DNA from: Nitrospirota bacterium
GTDB lineage: Bacteria > Nitrospirota > Thermodesulfovibrionia > Thermodesulfovibrionales > UBA1546
Length of the DNA: 58,978 bases
Reading direction: 5' to 3'
Assembly: GCA_026387575.1 (NCBI GenBank)
Contig: JAPLLK010000064.1
Coordinates: 1-58,978, forward strand
The notes below the pieces were generated by a model. That model was given only the letters and a program-made list of their open reading frames with translations. It was not told the origin of the DNA and did not search any database. Positions 48,734 to 58,667 of this stretch are shown here, one piece after another. How positions within the stretch are numbered: position 1 is the stretch's first letter; each line of letters opens with the position of its first letter. The position numbers were made by a program, and so were the translations under genes.

Positions 48734-49267
48734 CTATTCATGCCATTCGAAATCTTTAAATCTCTTTGCCTTGTCAAGAACTGCTCTAAACCCTGACCAT
48801 TCCTTCTCTGGCCCCTTCACAGGATAATCCTTTCTCAGTGGATGCCCTTCCCAGTCCTCAGGCATAAGGACTCTCCTGAGATCAGGATGCTCTTTAAAAA
48901 TAATCCCGAACATGTCATAACATTCCCTTTCATGCCAGTTTGCTCCGGCCCATACAGCGGTAACAGAATCAATCTCAAGACTGCTCTCAGGCACTGCTGC
49001 CTTTAACCTTATTGCATGACAGCGCTTTATAGAATAAAGATGATAGACAATCTCAAACCTTTTTTCTTTCTTTCCCGCATAATCCGCACCGCATATATCA
49101 ACAAGATAGTCAAAGCAAAGATCAGGGGCGTCGTGGAGATGCCTGCATATTTCAAGGATTCTGTCTTTCTTTAATGTAACAGCGGCCTGTTCCCTGAATT
49201 CCTTTACCTCAAGGACTTCATCCGGGAATTTCTCCTTTATCTTGTCTGCAATCTCTAATGGCTTCAT
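48734..49267 (-). CDS. nuoC: NADH-quinone oxidoreductase subunit C (alternative start 49282)
   Basis: [35 protein letters not shown]. Confidence 0.95.
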   Translation of the reverse strand: MKPLEIADKIKEKFPDEVLEVKEFREQAAVTLKKDRILEICRHLHDAPDLCFDYLVDICGADYAGKKEKRFEIVYHLYSIKRCHAIRLKAAVPESSLEIDSVTAVWAGANWHERECYDMFGIIFKEHPDLRRVLMPEDWEGHPLRKDYPVKGPEKEWSGFRAVLDKAKRFKDFEWHE

Positions 49268-49791
49268 CTCCACCTGCTCCATCTGAAGCGCTCTTTCTTT
49301 ATCTTTTCCTGAAGCTTTATTATCCCTTCAAGCAGAGCCTCCGGCCTCGGAGGACAACCCGGAATATAAACATCAACCGGCAGGAAACTATCACATCCCT
49401 GCACTGTACTGTAGGTATTGAATATGCCTCCTGAACATGCGCAGCTCCCCATTGAAATAACATATCTTGGTTCTGGCATTTGGTCATAGACCCTTCTAAC
49501 AATTTCTGACATCTTTTTCGTTACAGTGCCTGCGACAATCATGAGGTCGGCCTGCCTTGGAGATCCCCTGAAGATAACCCCCATCCTGTCCAGGTCATAG
49601 TGTGACGATCCCGCCGTCATCATTTCAATGGCTCAGCATGCAAGCCCAAAGGCCACGGGCCATAAGGACGAGCTTCTTCCCCAGTTGATGAGCTTGTCCA
49701 TTGAGGTGATAACGATATTAGGCGACAATATTTTTGTGCCTTTTTCAACCTCAACAAGCGATGGAGAAATTGTGTTTTCAATCAATCCCAT
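49264..49791 (-). CDS. nuoB: NADH-quinone oxidoreductase subunit B with in-frame TGA (probable selenocysteine) at codon 53
   Basis: From ATG 49791: ...[26 protein letters not shown]...[12 protein letters not shown]...MGSCA...PGCPPRPE. The TGA is at 49635-49633. Confidence 0.93.
49603..49619 (-). promoter_or_regulatory. Candidate bacterial SECIS hairpin
   Basis: TGACG-GCGGGAT-CGTCA; the apical loop starts with G, 18 nt after the TGA. Confidence 0.55.
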
Positions 49792-50153
49792 TTAAATGCC
49801 TCCTTTTCCCATGCATAGACATAGCCGACAAACAGTATCACTATAAAAATAATCATCTCAATAAATGCATATAGTCCAATCCTGTCAAAGACAACAGCCC
49901 AGGGGTAAAGGAAAATAGCCTCGACGTCAAAGATAACAAAGAGCATAGCAACAATATAGAACTTAACAGAGAACCTGTATCGCGGCTCTCCGACAGGCAG
50001 GTTGCCTGATTCATAAGGCATAAGTTTTTCAGGGTATGGCCTTTTCAGTCTGAAAAGTTCACCGATTAATAAGGCGCCCATTCCAAAGACCGTTGCGACC
50101 ATCAAAAATATAAGAACAGGCAAATAATCCGAAGGCAAATAAGTTCCTGGCAT
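49782..50153 (-). CDS. nuoA: NADH-quinone oxidoreductase subunit A
   Basis: PYESG and [22 protein letters not shown]. Confidence 0.96.
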   Translation of the reverse strand: MPGTYLPSDYLPVLIFLMVATVFGMGALLIGELFRLKRPYPEKLMPYESGNLPVGEPRYRFSVKFYIVAMLFVIFDVEAIFLYPWAVVFDRIGLYAFIEMIIFIVILFVGYVYAWEKEAFKWD

Positions 50154-50277
50154 AAACGTTTTATCCTAACTTTAAAATTCTAATAAATCAATTTAAATCC
50201 TACTCAATGCCGATTTTAAATCTTAATAAAATAATTAAAGTTCTTAATCTTTATTAAGTGAAAAAGCATTCAGAACC

Positions 50278-51291
50278 TCAGCATTTAAATACTTCAGCAT
50301 AAAACTTCTCATCGATTGCAAATCTGATTTTAAGAGCAACAAGATTATCCGGCAAACGCAGGCCTCTGAGCCTTATCACGTCTTTTTCTGTTGTCACAAT
50401 CCAGCCTGCATTGTTTGCTTTTGCTTCTTTAATTACCTCTTCGATGTCCTCTTTTTTATAGGAATAATGGTCGCTGTATTTTTTACTGCCCTTGAGGCTG
50501 CATCCTGCTGACAAGACAGTCTTTTTGAACGACTCAGGGCTGCCTATACCGCAGAACGCAAAAAAGTTTTTACCCTTTGCCCATTCAAACGGCATTGTTT
50601 CCCCTGACAATTTCACAAACCCTGCCGGCTTATGCATAGAAAGGAATACCGGAGTCTTTGAGTTATAGCTCTTTATTTCTCCGGCTATATCTTCAATTAT
50701 TGCCTGACGAATATTGTCTGTTTTTGTCAGGACTACAATATCTGCCCTTTCTATTTCCTTAAGAGGCTCTCTGAGCAATCCGACAGGCAGAAGCCGTCTG
50801 TTGTCAAAAGAATTCTCAGCGTCTATTAACAGAATGTTCTTATCCCTGAAAAGCTGCCAGTGCTGGAAGCCGTCGTCAAGGATAAAAAGTGTTTTAGCTG
50901 ACAGCTGGGAGCTAATAGCTGTCAGCTCTTCTATCGCAAACATTCCACCTTTGTATCTGTCAGCACATTTTACAATAGGGACATCCTTTAATATCTCGGA
51001 CATTAATAGAGGCTCATCTCCGTATAGCTGATGGCTGATGGCTGATGGCTGATAGCTGACAAATACCGGCCCTTTTGCCTTTCCCTTGTATCCTCTTGTA
51101 AGTATTATTGGATAAAAACCTCTTTTCTTCGCCTCATCAGCTATTGCAATTACAGCAGGCGTCTTTCCTGTGCCTCCTGCAGTAATATTGCCTATGCTGA
51201 TAACCTTATGTGGAAGCCGTTTTTGATGTTTTAGGGAATAATGCTTTTTGGCTGAATAGCCGAGATAGTATATGAATTCAAAAAGTGTCAT
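50278..51291 (-). CDS. lpxK: Tetraacyldisaccharide 4'-kinase
   Basis: ISIGNITAGGTGKTP, LTRGY, GDEP, LDDGFQH, LPVGLLREP and TTEKD. Confidence 0.96.
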   Translation of the reverse strand: MTLFEFIYYLGYSAKKHYSLKHQKRLPHKVISIGNITAGGTGKTPAVIAIADEAKKRGFYPIILTRGYKGKAKGPVFVSYQPSAISHQLYGDEPLLMSEILKDVPIVKCADRYKGGMFAIEELTAISSQLSAKTLFILDDGFQHWQLFRDKNILLIDAENSFDNRRLLPVGLLREPLKEIERADIVVLTKTDNIRQAIIEDIAGEIKSYNSKTPVFLSMHKPAGFVKLSGETMPFEWAKGKNFFAFCGIGSPESFKKTVLSAGCSLKGSKKYSDHYSYKKEDIEEVIKEAKANNAGWIVTTEKDVIRLRGLRLPDNLVALKIRFAIDEKFYAEVFKC

Positions 51292-51411
51292 GATATAATC
51301 TTCTTTCTCCCCTCTGCCCACCCCATGTGAAGGTTGATGTCGTAGTGGAATGAAATACAGTCATTCTCCAGTAAAGCACGGCTTATTTTGTCAATAATGA
51401 ATTGAAATTTA

Positions 51412-53988
51412 TTAATCCTTACCCTTTTGTTCCAATTTATCCTCAAGGTCGCTTCCGAAAACTTCCTTTATCAGCCTTCCATCTCTCAAATATTGAAAAA
51501 ACCCTGTATAACTATTGGGACTTAAAAAGTGGAAAATATATTTCTGCTTAATTCCTGATTCCTCAAGCTCTTTATTTAGGTCTGAGAAGTGCTGCCTTGT
51601 CCATCTTAACTTTGCTTTGTTTTCATCAGAGTCATCACCATCTGACTTTACTTCCACAACTACAATATAGTCTATTCCGCCATGATGAATTTTGATGAAA
51701 AAATCAGGATTAAATTGTTGGTTTTTTTGAGGATGTTCACCTTTTCGCCATGAATACTCAACGCTGTAAAATCCTTGATCCCTTGACTTTATCCATGAAT
51801 CAATCTTTTCTGCATTGTCTTTCTTGCATAAATGTTCAACAAACCTTCTTTCAGGTTCTGCCCGTGTAAAAATAATACCAAGAGGGGTTTTAAAAAGGTA
51901 TTGGTTAATTTCTTTCTCGGCGCTCTTAGGCAGACTTTCATCGGTTTTTATTTCTTCGAGGATATCTTTTATTTCCTCCAGCAGTTCGTCGTCAAAGCTA
52001 TCTGCATAAAAAACTGTCGCATTATGTCTCAGATTTCCAACAGCCATAGATTCTTTATCCATATTCGCAGTCAAGATAGGCTGGGGTTTGGTGACCTTTC
52101 TTACATTTACTATGGTCTTTCCCTTTTTTCTTAAAAGCGTTCCGAATGTCTGAAGTATTCTCTGCCTGTTTTTCTCTACAAGCCGATCACCTTTAATTCC
52201 CCTCCTATCCATAGATGTCCTGATGATTTTTCTTATCTCATCCTTAGGAGGCAATTCATTTTTAGTATATTCGCCTTCAGGCAGTTTCAGAACACGCCCC
52301 TCCCACTCCCTCGTTTTAAATTCCTCGTAAATCTTATTTACGATTTCATCAACGCTGTAAGTGTTGTATTCTATTAATGTATTTTTTGCATAAACCTCGC
52401 CTGCAAGACTGGTATATTCTGTGCCTTTTTCATCATCCTCTACCTGCGATATAAGCTCAATAAATCCTTTTGTGTAGTCAAAGACCTCTGTATCACGGCT
52501 TGCCTCTTTCTCCTGAGGCTCTTTGTCATAGTTGATGTTGCAAAGGGCAAAATTGTATTTTGCCCTATCGCCTTCCTTTAGGACAGAGCTTGTTAATTTC
52601 ATCTCTATTTCTAGGATTTCATCTACAAGTCCTTTTATATTCCGGCTCCATGCGTCATGATTGAATACCTTTACTCTTGGCTGCGGCGTCTGGTATTCAG
52701 GCGGCACTCTAAGACCTCTTCCTAAGACCTGTGCTATTAATAACTTTGAATTAAATGCCCTATCTTTCCACGGAACGATCTGGAAAACATTATTTACATC
52801 CCACCCCTCAGTAAGCATAGACACAGATACAATCCACTCTGTTGAATCGTCTTTGTCATCAACATTTTTGAGCCTTGCCGCATTTGCCCTATGCTCCTGC
52901 GCAGAGGTAACTATCAAAACCTTCTTCTCAACTTCCCCCCTTGGCAGAGATTCTTTTTTTGATAAAAATCCCATGAGGTCTTCAGTCAATCTTTTTGCAT
53001 TTGTGATATCGTTTGTAATAAGGATAGTTAAGGGCTTTATTTTTCTGTATTTATTTTGATTCTCAATATGATTATCATAAATTTTCTGAAATTTTTCAGG
53101 GTCACCGATGCTTTCATCCTTGCTTACATAATCCACCATCTTGACTACTTTGTCATCTACTGCCTGTCTCAAAGAATATCTGTAAATGACATCGTTAAAA
53201 TACTCGTCTTCAATATATGCCGTTCCCGTGAAACCGACCATATACATAAAGTTGTAATCCGCACTCAAAAGGAAATCTTTCCATTTCTTAATATCCTGAC
53301 TTTCTCTGTCTCTGCCTGAAACTTTATTGTAGACATGGTGAACCTCATCACTTAAAACCAAGACCTTTGCCCCATTGCTCATAAGGCTGTCCTTTATGGA
53401 TGAACCTGTTTTTTCATAAACTGCATGGATATTTTCAACGCAAATATCACCGTCTTTTATAGTGCTGTTTGCGTCTATAATACGGGGATTCTTATATGCT
53501 GCATCTTTAGGGATTGTCTGTTTTAATCTGCTATCTCCGCTTAATGAAATAAACTTCTCCATAAGTCCCTTCTCTATAGTCAGGGATGGGCATAGCACAA
53601 GAACCTTGTCCACAAGTCCTAATCCGAGCATTATCTGGGCAATGCCATAAATAACATAGCTCTTGCCCGTACCTGTGGCTAAGTCAATGGTTGCAGAAAG
53701 CTTGTTGGACAGTTGTAAATGATGAAAATACTCGTTTATATCTCTATATCTGGTGTGCAGTTCGGGATTTTTATCCCAGTTTTCCCTGACCAGATCCTCA
53801 ATTGATTTATACCTGCCTGATGCGAGATAAATAATAACATTCTCTATAGCTTCACGCTGATACTGCCTGTCTCCACAGAGGACATCAAGGAATCTATCCC
53901 ATCTTGAAAGATCAAGCCTTGCGGGATCATAAGATTTGCTGACCTCTAAAACAAGGTCTTTTGTGTTATAAGTCTTTATCTCAATCAT
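51412..53988 (-). CDS. Type III restriction helicase/endonuclease (Res)
   Basis: LATGTGKS, DEVHH, TGT, LTEGWD, QVLGRGLR and FNPDF...VEVKS. Confidence 0.9.
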   Translation of the reverse strand: MIEIKTYNTKDLVLEVSKSYDPARLDLSRWDRFLDVLCGDRQYQREAIENVIIYLASGRYKSIEDLVRENWDKNPELHTRYRDINEYFHHLQLSNKLSATIDLATGTGKSYVIYGIAQIMLGLGLVDKVLVLCPSLTIEKGLMEKFISLSGDSRLKQTIPKDAAYKNPRIIDANSTIKDGDICVENIHAVYEKTGSSIKDSLMSNGAKVLVLSDEVHHVYNKVSGRDRESQDIKKWKDFLLSADYNFMYMVGFTGTAYIEDEYFNDVIYRYSLRQAVDDKVVKMVDYVSKDESIGDPEKFQKIYDNHIENQNKYRKIKPLTILITNDITNAKRLTEDLMGFLSKKESLPRGEVEKKVLIVTSAQEHRANAARLKNVDDKDDSTEWIVSVSMLTEGWDVNNVFQIVPWKDRAFNSKLLIAQVLGRGLRVPPEYQTPQPRVKVFNHDAWSRNIKGLVDEILEIEMKLTSSVLKEGDRAKYNFALCNINYDKEPQEKEASRDTEVFDYTKGFIELISQVEDDEKGTEYTSLAGEVYAKNTLIEYNTYSVDEIVNKIYEEFKTREWEGRVLKLPEGEYTKNELPPKDEIRKIIRTSMDRRGIKGDRLVEKNRQRILQTFGTLLRKKGKTIVNVRKVTKPQPILTANMDKESMAVGNLRHNATVFYADSFDDELLEEIKDILEEIKTDESLPKSAEKEINQYLFKTPLGIIFTRAEPERRFVEHLCKKDNAEKIDSWIKSRDQGFYSVEYSWRKGEHPQKNQQFNPDFFIKIHHGGIDYIVVVEVKSDGDDSDENKAKLRWTRQHFSDLNKELEESGIKQKYIFHFLSPNSYTGFFQYLRDGRLIKEVFGSDLEDKLEQKGKD

Positions 53989-53990
53989 GG

Positions 53991-56102
53991 CTATTTCTTG
54001 ACTGATAAAACTTCTTTAAATTCATTTCCATAAATATCCACATAAACGACCATTATCTTATCCCCGCAATCCTCTTTATTCAAAGGGATAACGAGCCTAT
54101 CAAGGCGTTTCAAGTCTTCTTTAATCTCGTCTTCATTTTGTTCATCTTCTTTTTCGGTCTTCTTTTTCTTTGGCAGCAAGTCCTCTGCAAAATAAAACTC
54201 ATCCATAACAAATTCCCTGTCGTTGTAATCATTATCAATCAGAGCCATTGCAAGAGACTCAAAGTTTTTCAGTTCACTGCCTGTTTCTTCTTCAAGATAG
54301 TTGGAAAGAAATTTGGTGATATGGATTTCCATATTTCCACTTTTTTTTACAATTTTTGACTCTACATCCGGCTGTCTTATAAAGTGAAATCCTATGGCAT
54401 CATCAAGGTCGTTGACATTTTTTTTACTTTGAGGCTGTCTAAATTTCTTAAACTGCACCTTATGAAGCTCTTTTATTATTTGATATGGCACTTTCAGGAA
54501 ATAGTATTTCGTTTTGTCTATTTCGTGATAATCGCTTATAAAATCCACATAATTTGCAGGGGCAATGATATAGAGCCTTCCTCCGACCCTTTTGCCGATG
54601 TTTGAATGCAAGTCCTCAAGATATTCCTCATCCACCGATGCCTTTTTAAACTCCCAGTAAGGATAGATAACCGCATAGTATCCATCCTTCTTTTGCCCGT
54701 CTATCTTTATGCCTCCGATTTTTTTGTTAACAGGCTCTACTTCAAAAAGGTTCATCACAAACTTGATGTAATCATCGTTTTTAAGTTTAAAAACCTTCTG
54801 CAAATCGTAAAGCCCAGTGTTAACGGTTACAAAACTTCTTGCTTTTTTGCCGTATTTCTTTTTGGGTTTTTCCAAATCCTTGCTGTTCTGAATGGTTAAG
54901 ATTCTTTTCTGCATCGTATAAAAAGACAGCTTGCCGATATCGCACGCAATCCACCGCCTGCCGAGCTTTTCAGCTACTGCAGGGGTAGTTCCACTCCCAG
55001 CAAAAAAATCAAGGACGAGGTCGTTCGGCCTGGAAGCTGATAATATTACTCTTTCAAGTAACTCTTCGGGGTTTTCTGTAGGATAGCGAGCACTCCGCAC
55101 ATAACCTTTCACATCTGTCCAGTTAGAATCTACAGGTGTTTCTTCGGTTTGTAAATATTCTGGCACTCCTTTGTGTTTATTACTTGCTAAATCAGTCCAT
55201 GAATCGTTGTTTTCAATTCGAATACGCCCATCTTCAGCCATCTTGTTGATTTTTTCTTGAGAGAATGTCCAATGCCGTCCTCTTGGGGGTAACAAAACCT
55301 TTTCGAGAATTGTTCTCTCCGGTGGATTTCGCAATCCTGGAGATGACATTGGTAACCATTGAGGCTCAGCCTTTTGACCACAAAATGAACAAATTCTACT
55401 TCTAAATATTTCGTTAAACAACACATTCCCAGAATTTGAATAAAAGAAAATACAGTCTGTGGCATGATTAAATTGGTTTAAGTCCCTTAATTGTCTTTTG
55501 AAACGATTAATTACTATTTCATTCCTAAAATTACATCGGTCGAAAATTTCATCCATCGCCATTTTGATATAGTACCCAAAATGATAATCAAGACGAATAA
55601 AAATGCTTCCATCATCAGCTAAAATTTCTCTGGCAAGAATTAGTCTTCTTCTCAAAAATTCTACAAAATCAGCACCCTTTCTCTTTGCACTATATGCACT
55701 CCGCCCATTACCACCGTCATATTCATCGCCAGTCCCGAACGGCGGATCAATATAAATCAACTTGACCTTGCCTTTTACCTTATCCTTTATCAAAGGGTCT
55801 TTATTTTCACAGACTGTCTTTAAAAATTGCAGATTGTCACCAAAGACAATCATATTGCGCCAGTCTTTATCGCCTGCCGGATACTCCTCTCCGTTGAAGA
55901 CCTTTTCAACCTGCAAAGGCACAGGGAAAACACCGTCTTCATTTGCGAGGATGTCTTCTTTCCGCATCTTGCCGGCATATACAAGCTCATATTCCTTTTG
56001 CTTTGTAGGGAAGAGTTTGTACTTATAATCAGCCGGAATAGGCTCGCCTTTTTGGAGAGTCTTAACTAAAAACTGAATGTCGTATTCGTTCAGCTTGTTC
56101 AT
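53991..56102 (-). CDS. Type III DNA methyltransferase (Mod)
   Basis: GDNL, YIDPPF, YPTENP and DFFAGSGTT. Confidence 0.92.
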   Translation of the reverse strand: MNKLNEYDIQFLVKTLQKGEPIPADYKYKLFPTKQKEYELVYAGKMRKEDILANEDGVFPVPLQVEKVFNGEEYPAGDKDWRNMIVFGDNLQFLKTVCENKDPLIKDKVKGKVKLIYIDPPFGTGDEYDGGNGRSAYSAKRKGADFVEFLRRRLILAREILADDGSIFIRLDYHFGYYIKMAMDEIFDRCNFRNEIVINRFKRQLRDLNQFNHATDCIFFYSNSGNVLFNEIFRSRICSFCGQKAEPQWLPMSSPGLRNPPERTILEKVLLPPRGRHWTFSQEKINKMAEDGRIRIENNDSWTDLASNKHKGVPEYLQTEETPVDSNWTDVKGYVRSARYPTENPEELLERVILSASRPNDLVLDFFAGSGTTPAVAEKLGRRWIACDIGKLSFYTMQKRILTIQNSKDLEKPKKKYGKKARSFVTVNTGLYDLQKVFKLKNDDYIKFVMNLFEVEPVNKKIGGIKIDGQKKDGYYAVIYPYWEFKKASVDEEYLEDLHSNIGKRVGGRLYIIAPANYVDFISDYHEIDKTKYYFLKVPYQIIKELHKVQFKKFRQPQSKKNVNDLDDAIGFHFIRQPDVESKIVKKSGNMEIHITKFLSNYLEEETGSELKNFESLAMALIDNDYNDREFVMDEFYFAEDLLPKKKKTEKEDEQNEDEIKEDLKRLDRLVIPLNKEDCGDKIMVVYVDIYGNEFKEVLSVKK

Positions 56103-56106
56103 ATAT

Positions 56107-56553
56107 TTACCTGTCTACTTGCTTTGCTGCCTTTTCAATCCAATCCCCCAGATTTTCTCTTCCATTGTCATTATTCCATAAATATTTCCCATACCCGGCA
56201 GGGAGCGGATTTGCTCCTGTATCATCTGTATTTCCATCTTGATCTTTTATCTTGCTAATATCGATACCAATGAGTCCTTTTCCAAGCTCGATACTTCTCT
56301 TTATTTCGTATTTTACCCAAGGTCGAGTCGATGTTTCCTTACCAATGAGAACAACTGTTACAGATGTCCCATTCAGTTGTTTTTCAATCCAATTTTTTAC
56401 TGCTTGCGTTCCCTGTTTTTTAATTGCTTCCCAATCTGCTTTGTCATAAAAAGGATTTTTATCATAACCAGAAATAACATTACAATTTCTTACTTGACCA
56501 ACACGCCAAGCATCACGTGAGTAATGAAAACTAAAAAATACCTTTCTTGCCAT
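56107..56553 (-). CDS. TIR-domain protein, ThsB/MTH538-like (DUF1863)
   Basis: RKVFFSFHY..D.WR..QVRN, TSVTVVLIG and RPWVKYEI (catalytic Glu intact). Confidence 0.9.
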   Translation of the reverse strand: MARKVFFSFHYSRDAWRVGQVRNCNVISGYDKNPFYDKADWEAIKKQGTQAVKNWIEKQLNGTSVTVVLIGKETSTRPWVKYEIKRSIELGKGLIGIDISKIKDQDGNTDDTGANPLPAGYGKYLWNNDNGRENLGDWIEKAAKQVDR

Positions 56554-56554
56554 T

Positions 56555-56986
56555 TTAACCTCCTGGTATGGTTAATAATATTAAAGCGTAAATTATAACC
56601 AAAATTGCTATAGAACAGTAAAACCAGCCTAATGTGATAGAGAACATGATTCTGAACTTTGATTGAACTTTATCTTTAAACCTATAGGCATTCATGTTAA
56701 AGAGATATTCATCTGTTTTAAGCCTGTTTTCAACAACCCATTTATATAATTCTCTATACATCTTTTCTTGCCAGAGAAAATAAGCATCCAGAAACCAGAA
56801 AACCAAAAGGGGAATGAAGGCAATCAAAACCTGATATTTGTTTCCTTTCAAAAGGAGAGTGGCTACCACCAATGTTATTGCCCAACCCTTTATCAGAAAG
56901 GAGTTTAGAGCCATTCGTTTGATAATATCTTGAATTATCTTTAATTCCTCAACAAAAAATTTTTCAATTTCTATTTTTTCAGACAT
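56555..56986 (-). CDS. Small multi-TM protein, putative effector of the adjacent TIR protein
   Basis: ELKIIQDIIKRMALNSFLIKGWAITL...FWFLDAYFLWQEKMYRELY; about 3 hydrophobic segments; GGAGGTG RBS. Confidence 0.75.
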   Translation of the reverse strand: MSEKIEIEKFFVEELKIIQDIIKRMALNSFLIKGWAITLVVATLLLKGNKYQVLIAFIPLLVFWFLDAYFLWQEKMYRELYKWVVENRLKTDEYLFNMNAYRFKDKVQSKFRIMFSITLGWFYCSIAILVIIYALILLTIPGG

Positions 56987-57659
56987 TGTTATCACCTCCC
57001 TTTAAAATGCCTTCTGCCTGAAAGCTGAAATATCCATTTTTACCGATAATTATGTGATCAATAACCTCAATCCCAACTATTTTACCAACTTCCATTAACC
57101 TTTGGGTTATAGCGATATCTTCTTTGCTCGGTTCAACATTTCCAGAAGGATGATTATGAACAAAAATAATCCCTGCTGCTCTGTCACTTATTGCATCAGC
57201 AAATACCTCTCTCGGATGGACAATGCTATGATTTAATGTGCCTATAAAAACAGTTCTTTTCTGTATCAGATTGGAAGCGCCATCTAAGGTAAGACTCAGA
57301 AAATACTCTTGTCTCTTATCCTTCAATTCTTCGGTTAATCTTAATACATCATCAACATTCTTAATCTTTATTCCGTCTTTTATCAGAAATCTCTTTGAAA
57401 ACTCAATGGCTGCCATAATCTGACATGCCTTAGCCAGTCCAATACCTTCAATATCTTTCAATTTCTCTAAGCTGATATTATCAAAATCATCTTGGGCCAA
57501 CCTTAAAATATCCTTTGCCACTTCAAAAACATCCTTGCCCTTTATGCCGCTGCCAAGTAAAACCGCCAGTAGCTCAAGATTAGAAAGAGCCTTTGCGCCC
57601 TTTTGTTCCACCTTTTCACGAGGCCTATCAAATTGAGGTATGGCCTTAATTTTCTTCAT
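56979..57659 (-). CDS. radC: RadC-family JAB/MPN protein
   Basis: RPREK...ALSNLELLAVLLGSG, HhH (GIGLAKA), HPREVF, HNHPSG...PSKED and DHIII. Confidence 0.93.
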   Translation of the reverse strand: MKKIKAIPQFDRPREKVEQKGAKALSNLELLAVLLGSGIKGKDVFEVAKDILRLAQDDFDNISLEKLKDIEGIGLAKACQIMAAIEFSKRFLIKDGIKIKNVDDVLRLTEELKDKRQEYFLSLTLDGASNLIQKRTVFIGTLNHSIVHPREVFADAISDRAAGIIFVHNHPSGNVEPSKEDIAITQRLMEVGKIVGIEVIDHIIIGKNGYFSFQAEGILKGGDNNV

Positions 57660-57665
57660 AGTTAT

Positions 57666-57755
57666 CTATAATAAGTCAACCCGTTCGGCCACATGCAGGT
57701 TTTCCTGCAATTCATGGAGCAGTTTTTGTTCTGCATTATCAAAAATACGCGGCAT
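57666..57755 (-). pseudogene. 29-codon N-terminal stub of a probable PLD-domain/SNF2 helicase defence protein
   Basis: ATG overlaps the dinD stop (TAATG): MPRIFDNAEQKLLHELQENLHVAERVDLL*. Confidence 0.55.
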
Positions 57756-58630
57756 TATTCCTCTTCCGGTTTGCCGATTAATCCCTTTGCATCTTTTTCT
57801 TCCAGTTCCAGTTTAGGAGCAGCGCTTTTTACACGCTTTTCGACCTGCTTGATATGTTCAGCAGGGGGAAGCTGTTCAGGCAGTGTGCCGCCTATACGTT
57901 TAATGGCGTCTCTAACTTCTTTACCGACGTTTTCGTGTGTCCTGATTGCTACTTGCTGATCTTTTACCTTATCTTTTGCTAATTTGTCCCGCGTCTGTGT
58001 CATACGAAACTGGTTTGCCGCTAACTCTGTAGTATCCATGCGGTCCATGAGATTTTCTTTTTCAGGTATTCTTTTCTGTTTCTTTATCGCATCCCTGCCC
58101 AGTCCGCCATACATGCCTTTATATCCGGCATCATGGAAAACCCCGAACATCCTGTCATGCACTCCTGCATCACGCGCCGCACCTGATAATGCCTTAAATT
58201 CTTCGGCTGTCTGCTTGCGAAGTTCCAAACGCTCTATATCAGCGGCAATTGCAGTAGAGATTTCCTGCCGCCGTGCCTGAACAGCAAAATACTTCTGAGC
58301 ATTGGCAATTTCAGGCTTACGCGGATCACCATTCTGAGCAATTAAATAACATGCAAAGCGGGACAGGTTATAATCAGGAACTTCACGCACGCTTCCTGAT
58401 CCAAGGTCAACCATTTTGCCGGCGCCGGCAAAATGGTTTTCAACGGTATTTCCTGATTGTTTACAGGAGGTTAGCGCCCTTTGAATTGCATCTTCAAAGC
58501 GCCGCCATTGCGTATATCCTAAAAGAGGCTGAATTTCCCGCGCGCTCCAATATTCCGCGCCATATTCATTTGTTTTCTTCAGGTCTTCAAAAGACTTGCT
58601 TCCCATTGGCACTAAATTTTTATCCGACAT
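57755..58630 (-). CDS. dinD: DNA damage-inducible protein D family (Bro-N-like)
   Basis: EYWSARE...LGY..WRRF, LSRFACYLIAQNGDPRKPEIANAQKYFA and ELAANQFRMTQT. Confidence 0.88.
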   Translation of the reverse strand: MSDKNLVPMGSKSFEDLKKTNEYGAEYWSAREIQPLLGYTQWRRFEDAIQRALTSCKQSGNTVENHFAGAGKMVDLGSGSVREVPDYNLSRFACYLIAQNGDPRKPEIANAQKYFAVQARRQEISTAIAADIERLELRKQTAEEFKALSGAARDAGVHDRMFGVFHDAGYKGMYGGLGRDAIKKQKRIPEKENLMDRMDTTELAANQFRMTQTRDKLAKDKVKDQQVAIRTHENVGKEVRDAIKRIGGTLPEQLPPAEHIKQVEKRVKSAAPKLELEEKDAKGLIGKPEEE

Positions 58631-58667
58631 GCCCCCTCCTGAAATAAGACGCCAATAATATTATAAG

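Noticed and set aside
49264-49623. nuoB as a short 119-aa gene or a pseudogene
   Set aside because: The upstream frame encodes the conserved N-terminus, the stop falls exactly on a Cys ligand, and the rest of the operon is intact.
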